64,000 bases of DNA from an uncultured Clostridia bacterium (GTDB taxonomy: Bacteria; Bacillota; Clostridia; Oscillospirales; CAG-272), in NCBI GenBank assembly GCA_947630015.1, contig CANRFY010000006.1:13481-77480 (forward strand), written 5' to 3'. A program made the position numbers and the translations under genes. The notes under the pieces were generated by a model that was not told where the DNA came from, ran no database searches, and saw nothing but the letters and a program-made list of their open reading frames with translations. Below, piece after piece: positions 20,825 to 28,996 of this stretch (position 1 is its first letter; every line of letters starts with the position of its first letter).

Positions 20825-21142
20825 TCAAGTCTCCGTTTCGGACTGCCCGTTATTTGCGTTCTGACTTTTGATTCGCTCGATGGCGGCGCGGTAGCCGCCG
20901 CTCCCGTAGGCGAGACATCTGCTGACGCGCCCGATCGTGGCGGAGCTGATGCCGACGGCGCTCGCAATCTCCTGGTAGCTGTGTCCGTCCGCAAGCATAA
21001 TGGCGGCGAGCAGCCGCTGCGACATATCGGTCAGCTCCTTTACGGTGCAGAGATCGTCGAAAAACGCGTAACATTCTTCAACCGATCCGAGCGCGAGTAT
21101 CGATGAAAATAACGCGTCGAGACGTTCGTTGTGAGGAATCAT
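20825..21142 (-). CDS. yerC: TrpR-related YerC/YecD-family regulator (candidate HisR)
   Basis: 105 aa; LCTVKELTDMSQRL...SYQEIASAVGISSATIGRVSR; first gene of the his operon. Confidence 0.75.
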   Translation of the reverse strand: MIPHNERLDALFSSILALGSVEECYAFFDDLCTVKELTDMSQRLLAAIMLADGHSYQEIASAVGISSATIGRVSRCLAYGSGGYRAAIERIKSQNANNGQSETET

Positions 21143-21180
21143 GATGCTTTGTACCCTTCTTCCTTGCGTGATGCTTCACT

Positions 21181-21209
21181 ATGATATCACGTTAACGCAA
21201 TAAAGTCAA
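21181..21209 (-). promoter_or_regulatory. his-operon promoter candidate with overlapping palindromes
   Basis: On the minus strand: TTGACT, 17 nt, TATCAT. The spacer and -10 region contain the palindromes CGTTAACG and TGATATCA. Confidence 0.5.
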
Positions 21210-21251
21210 GATAAAATTGAAAAATCATTCGCAGATATTGCGGATGTGGTA

Positions 21252-21630
21252 TTCGGGGCTTCGCCCCAAACCCCACTTAGAGGGACTTTTGTAAAAGTCC
21301 CTCTAAGAACTCTTCAAAACTTTCCCTACATGGGTTATTTGGCGAGTGTGTTCGCCTCTGCGCCGCGCGTTTGTGCGCCGACGAAGTAGTCGCGCAAGCG
21401 CGAACACCGATTTTCGGGGCTACGCCCCAAACCCCACTTAAGGAACTTCTTATAAGAAGTTCCTTAAGAATCTTCAAGAATTTTTATGACAAAGGTTAAT
21501 TGGCAAGTGTGTTCAACTCTGCGCTGCGCGTTCGTGCGCCGACGAAGTAGTCGCGCAAGCGCGAACACCGATTTTCGGCGGCGCTGCCCCGTACCACGCT
21601 AAGAATCCTTCAAAAACTTTTCCTACAATG
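21252..21630. repeat. tandem array, about 2.3 copies of a 161-bp unit
   Basis: ttcggggc..ccccaaaccccac + hairpin + tcttcaa.. + gtgcgccgacgaagtagtcgcgcaagcgcgaacaccgatt recurs at 21252, 21413 and (lacking the hairpin) 21574. Confidence 0.85.
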
Positions 21631-21683
21631 CTTATTATGCCTTTGCTTGCTTTCACCGGCACGAGATTGCCCGACATACACAT

Positions 21684-21731
21684 AAAAATCCCTCGGAACG
21701 CCTTATAGTCAAGCATTTCCGAGGGATTTTT
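21684..21731. terminator. bidirectional intrinsic terminator (downstream of the tRNA remnant on the minus strand)
   Basis: aaaaatccctcggaa...ttccgagggattttt. Confidence 0.7.
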
Positions 21732-21736
21732 CATTC

Positions 21737-21779
21737 AGCTAGTGGTGGGGATTGAACCCACGACCTGTTGATTACGAAG
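21737..21779 (-). other. 3' half of a tRNA-Thr(CGU) gene; probable prophage att core
   Basis: Minus strand reads cTTCGTAAtcaac-aggtc-GTGGG-TTCAATC-CCCAC-CACTAGC-T: anticodon loop with CGT, 3' anticodon stem, T-arm and 3' acceptor strand. No matching 5' acceptor, D-arm or 5' anticodon stem lies upstream. Confidence 0.6.
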
Positions 21780-21848
21780 TATATTATCCACTACGGAAAA
21801 TTACTGTAATTGCTGAAAAATAAGCCAATTAAAAGTAAAGTCCCTATC

Positions 21849-22913
21849 TTAGTCCCTATCGCTATCAAACAAAAGATTCATCATATTTTCAGCAGCGTCG
21901 GTCTGATCCGGCGTATGATGCCCGTATATCTTATCTACCATCGCGGTCGAGCTGTGCCCCATCAGCACCTTCGCCGTAGTTATCGGTACGCCCGCACGCA
22001 ACATATCGGTACAATACGTATGGCGCAGGCAATACAGCGTCAGATCGTCGCCGACGAGGGCATCTTTTCCCTCATCTGTTGCGATCTTTTTCATGATTGC
22101 ATATAATCTCTCCCATCTACGCTTTATAGCCTGATGCGAAAGCGGAGCTCCTTTGTCCCGTTCAAACAAATAGGCGTCGCCCGGTCTGTTGCCCTTTAAT
22201 TTGCGCATATCGTCAAGAATTACTGCCGGCAATGGTATTAGCCGGACGCCCGATTTAGTTTTCGGTTCACCGATGTTGCCATCGCTTTTGAGCGCGCGTG
22301 AAACTGCCAAGCGCCGGGCGTCAATATCGACGTCAGAAACATACAGACCTGCCGACTCCTGCGGACGTATGCCAGTGAATAAAAGAAGCCTGCCCCATGT
22401 GCCGTGGTTGCATTCCTCGCATGCCCGTAAAAAGAACGTTCTTTCGCCGTCTGTGAGCGAACGATGCGTGCCCTGCTCGGCGTCGGGCGTTTTGATGTCG
22501 GTGCACGGATTGACGAAGATATATCGGTTGCTTACTGCTTTTGCAAACATCTCGGACATGTTTATTTTCAGCTTAGTGACATGCGATTTGCTCATGCCAG
22601 AACAGCGGTTGAGAATCTCTTGTATGTGCAATTCGCGCACCTCGGAGAGGGGTATGCTGCCGATGTACGGTATCACATAATTGTTAATTCGGCTTTTAAT
22701 AGACTCATAATACCTGTTTGATATCTTTCCCTGCTTATACATACTGAGCCACATCGCGGCCCAGTCGGCGACGGTCATGTTTCCCGGAGACGCCCGGTCT
22801 ATGCGCTCCTTTTTATCGGCGACCTTTTCCGCGAGCGCCCTCTGTGTGTTTGCGGAGACGTCTATCATCACGCCGTTGTATTTTGCCTGGTACCGATATT
22901 TTGCTCTCGGCAT
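21849..22913 (-). CDS. int: phage integrase, tyrosine recombinase
   Basis: 354 aa; LRHTYCTDMLRAGVPITTAKVLMGHSSTAMVDKIYGH; adjacent to the tRNA fragment. Confidence 0.9.
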   Translation of the reverse strand: MPRAKYRYQAKYNGVMIDVSANTQRALAEKVADKKERIDRASPGNMTVADWAAMWLSMYKQGKISNRYYESIKSRINNYVIPYIGSIPLSEVRELHIQEILNRCSGMSKSHVTKLKINMSEMFAKAVSNRYIFVNPCTDIKTPDAEQGTHRSLTDGERTFFLRACEECNHGTWGRLLLFTGIRPQESAGLYVSDVDIDARRLAVSRALKSDGNIGEPKTKSGVRLIPLPAVILDDMRKLKGNRPGDAYLFERDKGAPLSHQAIKRRWERLYAIMKKIATDEGKDALVGDDLTLYCLRHTYCTDMLRAGVPITTAKVLMGHSSTAMVDKIYGHHTPDQTDAAENMMNLLFDSDRD

Positions 22914-22999
22914 ATATTCGCCTCCTCTTGGTATTTTGCGCTCGCTATCCTTTATCAGCGACGTTGATTTGCTTTGCCTTTTTTTCTTGCCGTGTAAGA

Positions 23000-23689
23000 T
23001 TACTCTGTATATACGCCGACGGCGTACAAATATGCCACAAGCTCGTCGTAGTCAAAAACGAATTTGTCATATGCGTCATTATACTGCTGCAAAAAGTCAC
23101 TATACGTACCCGAAGGTTTGTAAACAATCTCATGAAGCTGCGTATAAGACAAAATACATTCTTGCATAAGGGGAAGAATATCCGGATCGGGAGATGCTTT
23201 TTCATAATTGTCATAATAATTATGCAACACAGAAGGTATTAGCAAATACGTTGTTCCATTCTCCCCTTTAGTCGTAGTGCTGAGATAATATGTAAAGCTG
23301 CTTTCTATGTCATCTTCGTCGCTTACGTTCATGATGTCGGCCATGCTTTTGTAAAAGTCTACTGTTGCGCTCATCAACGATGCACCATTTTGAAGAAGAT
23401 CGCAGTATTTATCAACATCAGTGTAATCGAATTTTTCGCTTTGAGTCGCTGTTTCTATCGGCGCCTCAGTATCGACGCTTTTTGAAACAGCATCGGTCAT
23501 GCCGGAAGTTTGTTCATCAGTCACAGTATCTTTATCTAACGTATCGATGGCTGTGACCGTCGTTGATTCGGTGCTAATATCGGTTTTGCTTTCAGTGTCT
23601 TTCGAGGAATTACCATTCGAATCGCATGCAGCAATCAAGATTGCCAGTAAAAGTGCAGATACTACAAATAAAATACGTTTGGTCTTCAT
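23000..23689 (-). CDS. prophage-encoded lipoprotein (moron; possible superinfection exclusion)
   Basis: Signal peptide plus lipobox LIAAC|D; visibly more AT-rich than its surroundings; lies between int and the repressor. Confidence 0.7.
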   Translation of the reverse strand: MKTKRILFVVSALLLAILIAACDSNGNSSKDTESKTDISTESTTVTAIDTLDKDTVTDEQTSGMTDAVSKSVDTEAPIETATQSEKFDYTDVDKYCDLLQNGASLMSATVDFYKSMADIMNVSDEDDIESSFTYYLSTTTKGENGTTYLLIPSVLHNYYDNYEKASPDPDILPLMQECILSYTQLHEIVYKPSGTYSDFLQQYNDAYDKFVFDYDELVAYLYAVGVYTE

Positions 23690-23823
23690 GTTTGTTCTCC
23701 TTTACATTTCAACACGGTTTTGTCGAAAATCATAGAATGTTATATTATTTCATTTCTCGCAGCCGCAGCTGCGGACAATATATAATTGACAGGCAAACAA
23801 GTTACATAGAAAGGAGCCCGTCA

Positions 23824-23985
23824 ATGAAAGCCGACAACTGGGAAGAAGTTCTCAAAATGATTGCAAAGCTGTCAAAAGACGATAAGAAAAAAATTATTGA
23901 GTTTTTGAATTATCTGTCAGATAACGAATGTAGTCAAGAGCCTGGGCGCGCTTTTCGCCGTGAAGATTTAAAAGCCGACGAATAA
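23824..23985 (+). CDS. small hypothetical protein (uncertain)
   Basis: AAAGGAG RBS 7 nt upstream of the ATG, but the 3' 92 nt overlap the convergent repressor gene. Confidence 0.3.
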   Translation: MKADNWEEVLKMIAKLSKDDKKKIIEFLNYLSDNECSQEPGRAFRREDLKADE

Positions 23986-24442
23986 TTTCAAGGTCGTATT
24001 CGTCAAAGTCGCTTTCGCTTGCGAAGGCGACTTTTTTATTATCAACCATGGCGTCCAATGAGCACCCGAGATCATCGGCTATTTGGCACGCCTCAGAAAG
24101 AGTTATTTCGGTTATTTCGCCAGAAGCAATACTTAAAAGATGATCGAAATCAACCCCGGCGTCGCTCGCGTCTGCCTTGTCAATTTTTAACAACTCGTTT
24201 TTCAACGACTGGCGAAAAGTTTCGGTCCACGGATCTGTTTCGGCACTGCCATACATCAAATACACCGGCGTGACACCAAGAGCTTGCGCGTACTTTGCAA
24301 TCATCGACTGGCTTATGTCTCTCTCTCCGTTTTCCACCTTAGATATTGCGGAGCGTCCCTCATATCCAACAAGTTTTGCTAATTGTAGCTGGCTCATTCC
24401 GCGCTCCTGTCGCAACCACTTTATTCTTTCGTATATTGTCAT
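23894..24442 (-). CDS. CI-like repressor (XRE HTH)
   Basis: IKWLRQERGMSQLQLAKLVGYEGRSAISKVENGERD; GGAGG-6nt-ATG; divergent from the cro-like gene. The long upstream ORF extension was rejected. Confidence 0.8.
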   Translation of the reverse strand: MTIYERIKWLRQERGMSQLQLAKLVGYEGRSAISKVENGERDISQSMIAKYAQALGVTPVYLMYGSAETDPWTETFRQSLKNELLKIDKADASDAGVDFDHLLSIASGEITEITLSEACQIADDLGCSLDAMVDNKKVAFASESDFDEYDLEIIRRLLNLHGEKRAQALDYIRYLTDNSKTQ

Positions 24443-24464
24443 AAGCGCCTCCATTTCTACAGTT

Positions 24465-24588
24465 ATTATATCATTATGTCGGAAAACTGTCAATCCAAAA
24501 TGGAAACATTTTTGTCTTTTTCGAAAAAAGTTGTTGACAAAATGGGGCGACTGTGGTATTATAGTCTTGTCCCCATTATGGAAACATT
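24465..24588. promoter_or_regulatory. divergent lysis/lysogeny switch: two consensus promoters plus repeated operator-like motif
   Basis: Minus strand: TTGACA(24493-24488)-17-TATAAT(24470-24465). Plus strand: TTGACA(24534-39)-17-TG-n-TATTAT(24557-62). ATGGAAACAT occurs near 24500 and near 24578, the first inside CAAAATG-gaaa-CATTTT. Confidence 0.65.
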
Positions 24589-24602
24589 GAAAGGAGGCTA
24601 TC

Positions 24603-24848
24603 ATGACAAATACGAACAAGCTCAAGGGACGAATGGTCGAAAACGGGTACACGCTTTCGGGACTCGCAGAAGCTCTAAACATCTCCCGCCCTGCGTTGCG
24701 CAAGAAAATAAACGGCTCGACCGACTTTAAGGTAAGCGAGATCGAGAGTTTATGTTCTGCGTTGAAAATCGACAGGAAAGAGATAACAGACTTTTTTTTC
24801 GCTGATGATGTCCCCATTTTGGAACGTATTGCAAACACCGCTCACTAA
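24603..24848 (+). CDS. Cro/antirepressor-type HTH protein
   Basis: 81 aa; MVENGYTLSGLAEALNISRPALRKKINGS; AAAGGAGG RBS; first rightward gene. Confidence 0.75.
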   Translation: MTNTNKLKGRMVENGYTLSGLAEALNISRPALRKKINGSTDFKVSEIESLCSALKIDRKEITDFFFADDVPILERIANTAH

Positions 24849-24886
24849 GAGCAGCATCGAAGTCAAAGTAGAAAGGAGAGGACACC

Positions 24887-25189
24887 GTGAAGCAGAAAGA
24901 AAAAAAGGGCGCATGGACGCCCAGCGACAAAGACCTGCTTGAGACAGACAGAAAAAGATCGTACTACAAGGAGTTGTGCGCGGTCTACGGAGAAACGCTG
25001 TCGATTGCAGAAGTAGCGGCGTTTATGGGGAGAAGCGTCGACTACGCTCGCCGTGCGATGAGAAACGTGCCTCGCATGGGCGGAACGTGCAATTTTCGCG
25101 CTTTGGACATTGCGAAAGAGCTTACCGTCCGCGAACTGCAACATGCCCCGAAAAAGAAAAGCAGATATGTCGCCAGCGAAAGGGGGTGA
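24887..25189 (+). CDS. hypothetical early protein (possible DNA-binding)
   Basis: GTG start with an AAAGGAGAGG RBS; 100 aa; basic. Confidence 0.5.
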   Translation: MKQKEKKGAWTPSDKDLLETDRKRSYYKELCAVYGETLSIAEVAAFMGRSVDYARRAMRNVPRMGGTCNFRALDIAKELTVRELQHAPKKKSRYVASERG

Positions 25190-25194
25190 AACCA

Positions 25195-25464
25195 ATGCAG
25201 AAGATTATGACTCGAAGCGGCTACATCGCGTACAAAACGACTGCGGAAGAAGTGAAGAAGCTCGGCAGCATATGCGTGTGTGACGAATGCGGCAGGAAAG
25301 CCGCGAGCGGCTACCTTGTCCCTGTGCTTAACCACTGGATGTGCGAATCGTGCTTCGACGAATGGCAGCGCGACGCGAGATATTATCCCGCAGATGTACC
25401 GATACAGAACCGCCGCGCGGCGTACTACGAATCAGTTATTCCATGCACGGCATTCGCTGTGTAA
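25195..25464 (+). CDS. small Cys-rich (zinc-ribbon-like) protein
   Basis: CDECGRK...CESC; RBS GGGGG upstream of the ATG at 25195. Confidence 0.5.
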   Translation: MQKIMTRSGYIAYKTTAEEVKKLGSICVCDECGRKAASGYLVPVLNHWMCESCFDEWQRDARYYPADVPIQNRRAAYYESVIPCTAFAV

Positions 25465-25481
25465 ATCAGAAAGGAGTTTGC

Positions 25482-26552
25482 ATGAAAAACGGAAGAAGCC
25501 TGACAGATCTCGCTCTTGAAATCGAGCGACAACAGCAGGCAAAGAAAGATTATATCGTCAGCACCGATGTAATCGAAATGAAGAGCGACGGAGAGGGCAG
25601 ATTTTCTCTCGACGTCGACGCTATCAACGGGACGTTCGGGATCAAGGACACCGCGCACGACCAGATAGGGCAGTATACAGAAATACCGTCCAAGTATTAC
25701 GACCGTATGCGCAAGGAAAGTCCGGAACTGCTGACGCTCAACGTGAATCACTGGCTGCACAGTACCCCCGAACGTAGAATGCTTCGGACGCTCGACGGCG
25801 ATGCGCGTGCGTTCCTCTCGTCTCGGTACAGACGCATTGACAACGCGCAGATTGCCGAAACGGTCCTGCCAATCATCATGCAGATGAAAGGCGCGAAAGT
25901 CGAGAGCTGCGAGATAACAGACACGAAAATGTATCTCAAAGTAATCAACCCGCGTATTCAGTCAAATGTTGATGTGGGCGACGCGGTACAGGCCGGCGTC
26001 GTAATCAGCAATTCGGAAGTCGGACGCGGCAGCGTAACGGTGAGCCCGCTCATATTCCGGCTCGTGTGCAGCAACGGAATGATTGCGCAGGACAGTCAAG
26101 TACGCAGATACCATATCGGCAAAGAAAACGACGTCGACCTCGATATGACGGTATTCACCGACGAAACGCTCGAAGCCGACGACAGAGCTCTCATGCTCAA
26201 GATTCGCGATGCAGTCACCGCGGCCGTTGAGCAGACACGCTTCGACCGTCTCGTAGAGCAGATGCGCGAAGCGAAAGATGCCAAAGTAGAAGCTCGGATA
26301 GTCCCCAAAGCGGTCGAGCTCACGTCAAAGCAATTCGGCGTCACGACGTTCGAAAGCGAGGGCGTTCTCGGGCACATGATAGGCGACGGTGAACTCTCGC
26401 TGTACGGCTTGGCAAACGCTATCACGCGTCACGCTCAGGACGTGCAGAGCTACGACAGATCCACCGAGCTCGAAGCAACAGGTTATAGAGTGCTCACGAT
26501 TGCCCCGCAGCTTTGGAAGTCTATCCTTTCCACGGCTCGGAAAGAGGTATGA
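25482..26552 (+). CDS. DUF932-family protein
   Basis: SPLIFRLVCSNGMI block is typical of DUF932; AAAGGAG RBS. Confidence 0.75.
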   Translation: MKNGRSLTDLALEIERQQQAKKDYIVSTDVIEMKSDGEGRFSLDVDAINGTFGIKDTAHDQIGQYTEIPSKYYDRMRKESPELLTLNVNHWLHSTPERRMLRTLDGDARAFLSSRYRRIDNAQIAETVLPIIMQMKGAKVESCEITDTKMYLKVINPRIQSNVDVGDAVQAGVVISNSEVGRGSVTVSPLIFRLVCSNGMIAQDSQVRRYHIGKENDVDLDMTVFTDETLEADDRALMLKIRDAVTAAVEQTRFDRLVEQMREAKDAKVEARIVPKAVELTSKQFGVTTFESEGVLGHMIGDGELSLYGLANAITRHAQDVQSYDRSTELEATGYRVLTIAPQLWKSILSTARKEV

Positions 26553-27118
26553 GCATGTATATCAGACGATGCCCCGATTGCGGTGCTAACCTCGATCCGG
26601 GCGAAACATGTGACTGCAAAAGAAAAGGGTCGCCCCACGCCAATGAGATCGACCCCGAGGACAAAACAGCAACGTCTTACCCTCATACTGTCATTATACC
26701 ACCGTCGCGCAAAGATTGCAAGCGTAACGTCTTACGTGACATAAGATTAAAAAAATCTGTACCGCCGAAAGAGATTGTTGAAACGATCCGCGCACTGTAC
26801 CCCGGATTTGACAAGACGCTGCTGTCTAAATGCGAGCACACGGAGAAGTACGGGATCGAGCCGTGCCGCCGAGCGGCGGACGCCGTACTCGAGAAATACT
26901 CCCCTGAAGAGCTCGAACGTGAGCGCCATCGGCGCAACGGATGCCACAGATTGAAGCATCAAATAAGCTGTCGCGTCGATGCGGCGACTCACGCCAGGCT
27001 ACACGAGCAAATACAGTTAGACGGCTTCGCGAGTGTGCAGGAATGGTTGACATATATAGTCGACCGCTACCTTGCCTCAACAGCCGGGAAAGGAGAAGTA
27101 GATGTACGACACGATTAA
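26549..27118 (+). CDS. hypothetical protein with N-terminal zinc ribbon
   Basis: CPDCGANLDPGETCDC; the start overlaps the upstream stop (ATGA). Confidence 0.55.
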   Translation: MSMYIRRCPDCGANLDPGETCDCKRKGSPHANEIDPEDKTATSYPHTVIIPPSRKDCKRNVLRDIRLKKSVPPKEIVETIRALYPGFDKTLLSKCEHTEKYGIEPCRRAADAVLEKYSPEELERERHRRNGCHRLKHQISCRVDAATHARLHEQIQLDGFASVQEWLTYIVDRYLASTAGKGEVDVRHD

Positions 27119-27329
27119 AGCAATCAAAGCGCAGCGCGACTACTGCAAAGCAAACGGCCTTCCCAACTTCGCGCCTGCGTTGAACGGCGAATGCTACCAC
27201 TGCGGGAAGAACATATACGAGCCTTGCAAGCATCTCGACGGGAGCGTTACAGATGGCATCACGGTCGAACGGGCGGGCAAGACCCTTATAACAGGATGCC
27301 CCCACTGCCGCTATTCGTTCGTCGATTGA
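27102..27329 (+). CDS. small Cys-rich hypothetical protein
   Basis: CYHCGK...CPHC; 75 aa. Confidence 0.5.
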   Translation: MYDTIKAIKAQRDYCKANGLPNFAPALNGECYHCGKNIYEPCKHLDGSVTDGITVERAGKTLITGCPHCRYSFVD

Positions 27330-27389
27330 ACGAAGCACAATACGATAATCCAATCAAAATCTAATTATTAAATTAACAGGAGAAAAGCA

Positions 27390-28364
27390 ATGATTAAGCA
27401 ACCTATCGACATGACGTTTTCCGACAAGAAATTTTCGATGATTATTTACGGGTCCCCCGGACTCGGAAAGACCACTCTTGCGCTGTCGGCGCCGGACCCG
27501 ATCCTGATTGATTTTGACCGCGGGGTTTCGCGTGTCAAAGCATATCACCGCAAGCCCACCATCATTTGCAACACATACGAAGAAGTGCTCAATGACATTG
27601 AGTCCCCCGACGTCAGAAGCTGTCAGACGCTCATAATCGACACAGGCGGCAGCTTTGTGACCTATCTGCAGGACTGGGCGATGAGAGATAACCCCGCCAT
27701 AAACAGGCAGAAAAACGGCGCTCTGTCGCTCAAAGGATTCGGCGCCGTAAAGCAGGAGTTTCAAAGAATCACAAACTACATACGCGACGTTCTGAACAAG
27801 AACGTCATATACGTGTTCCACTCCGACGAGCAAAAGGACAAGGACGGGAATCCTCAGCAAAGACTTCTCTGCGAAGGTGCTGCACGCAATATTGTTTGGC
27901 AGCCGTGCGACTTGGGCGGCTATATGCAGATGCTCGGGAACGACCGTACGATATCGTTCACGCCTACGCCTGAGTATTTTGCGAAGGGATGCTACGGCAT
28001 CGAGGGAACGCGGAAAATACCCCCGGTCGGTCCGAACGACAAAAACGACTTCCTCACGCGTCTGTTCGATGAAGCTCGTAACAACATAGCACACGAGAAT
28101 GATGCATTCGCCCCCCTCAAAGCACAGTACGACGCAACAATGGCAAAGGCAAAAGAGATAATCGACTCGATAAAGACGCCCGAAGAAGCGACTGAGGCGG
28201 CGAACACGATACCGAGCCTCGAGCACGCTCTTACATCCAAAAAGGAATCAAGCGCCATGCTTTCAGCAAAAGCAAAAGAGCTCGGCTATACGTGGGACAA
28301 AGAAAATAAAACATACTCGGTCCCTGCGGATCCGAACGCGCCTCAGACCCAGGAGACAGCGTGA
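27390..28364 (+). CDS. AAA_24 / Sak4-like RecA-fold ATPase (recombination)
   Basis: Walker A IYGSPGLGKTT, Walker B LIIDT; position and size are typical of phage Sak4-like proteins. Confidence 0.75.
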   Translation: MIKQPIDMTFSDKKFSMIIYGSPGLGKTTLALSAPDPILIDFDRGVSRVKAYHRKPTIICNTYEEVLNDIESPDVRSCQTLIIDTGGSFVTYLQDWAMRDNPAINRQKNGALSLKGFGAVKQEFQRITNYIRDVLNKNVIYVFHSDEQKDKDGNPQQRLLCEGAARNIVWQPCDLGGYMQMLGNDRTISFTPTPEYFAKGCYGIEGTRKIPPVGPNDKNDFLTRLFDEARNNIAHENDAFAPLKAQYDATMAKAKEIIDSIKTPEEATEAANTIPSLEHALTSKKESSAMLSAKAKELGYTWDKENKTYSVPADPNAPQTQETA

Positions 28365-28996
28365 TGAACAGATGCCTTATCACACAAACCTTACTGTCGG
28401 CGTGGAACTATATGCATGATTGCTATGAATCGTCAGCCGATACAGCGTATGACGATTTCCTGCGGACCTTGAATAGAGAGCCTAAGGATATGACGCCCGA
28501 AATGCAGAACGGCATAGACTTCGAAAACGAAGTATATAGAGCCGCCGCAGGTATGAACCGTTTCCCTCATCCGAAGTGGGAGGCGGGGATTCAGAAGGCA
28601 GCAGCTATCATTCGGTCCGCTCCCGTTCAGGTAAAGGTTCAACGCGAAATGACGCTCGACGATGGTATGACATTTCTTGTCTACGGCATACTTGATTCCC
28701 TCAAAGCCGGAACGATATATGACGTCAAATTTTCAAACAAAGGTTTTGCGTCCGCAGAGCTCGCTGGGAAGTACCTCGGCAGTGCTCAACACCCCGCCTA
28801 CCTTTTCATGGTGCCCGAAGCGTTTCAGTTTACGTATCTCGTTTCCGACGGGACGGACTTGTACACAGAAACGTATACAAGGAGCAATACACAGCCGATT
28901 CAGGAAATCGTGAAAGAATTCATTGACGACCTTAAAGCTCTCAAACTTCTTGACGTCTACATGGAAAAGTGGGGGGCACATGATAGGCAGGCTTGA
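28361..28996 (+). CDS. PD-(D/E)XK-like nuclease (putative)
   Basis: YGILDSL...IYDVKFS fits a D...(D/E)xK arrangement; coupled to the Sak4-like gene. Confidence 0.5.
   Translation: MMNRCLITQTLLSAWNYMHDCYESSADTAYDDFLRTLNREPKDMTPEMQNGIDFENEVYRAAAGMNRFPHPKWEAGIQKAAAIIRSAPVQVKVQREMTLDDGMTFLVYGILDSLKAGTIYDVKFSNKGFASAELAGKYLGSAQHPAYLFMVPEAFQFTYLVSDGTDLYTETYTRSNTQPIQEIVKEFIDDLKALKLLDVYMEKWGAHDRQA

Noticed and set aside
21252-21630. CRISPR array
   Set aside because: The units are 161 bp and contiguous, with no unique spacers. No cas genes are in the window.
21737-21815. A full-length tRNA gene next to the integrase
   Set aside because: Only the segment from the anticodon loop to the 3' acceptor strand is present. 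The upstream 35 nt cannot supply the GCTAGTG acceptor strand, a D-arm or the GTTGA anticodon-stem strand.
23824-23985. Small plus-strand ORF as a confident gene
   Set aside because: It has a good RBS, but its last 92 nt overlap the convergent repressor gene, which has a clear HTH family signature. It is kept only as a low-confidence feature.
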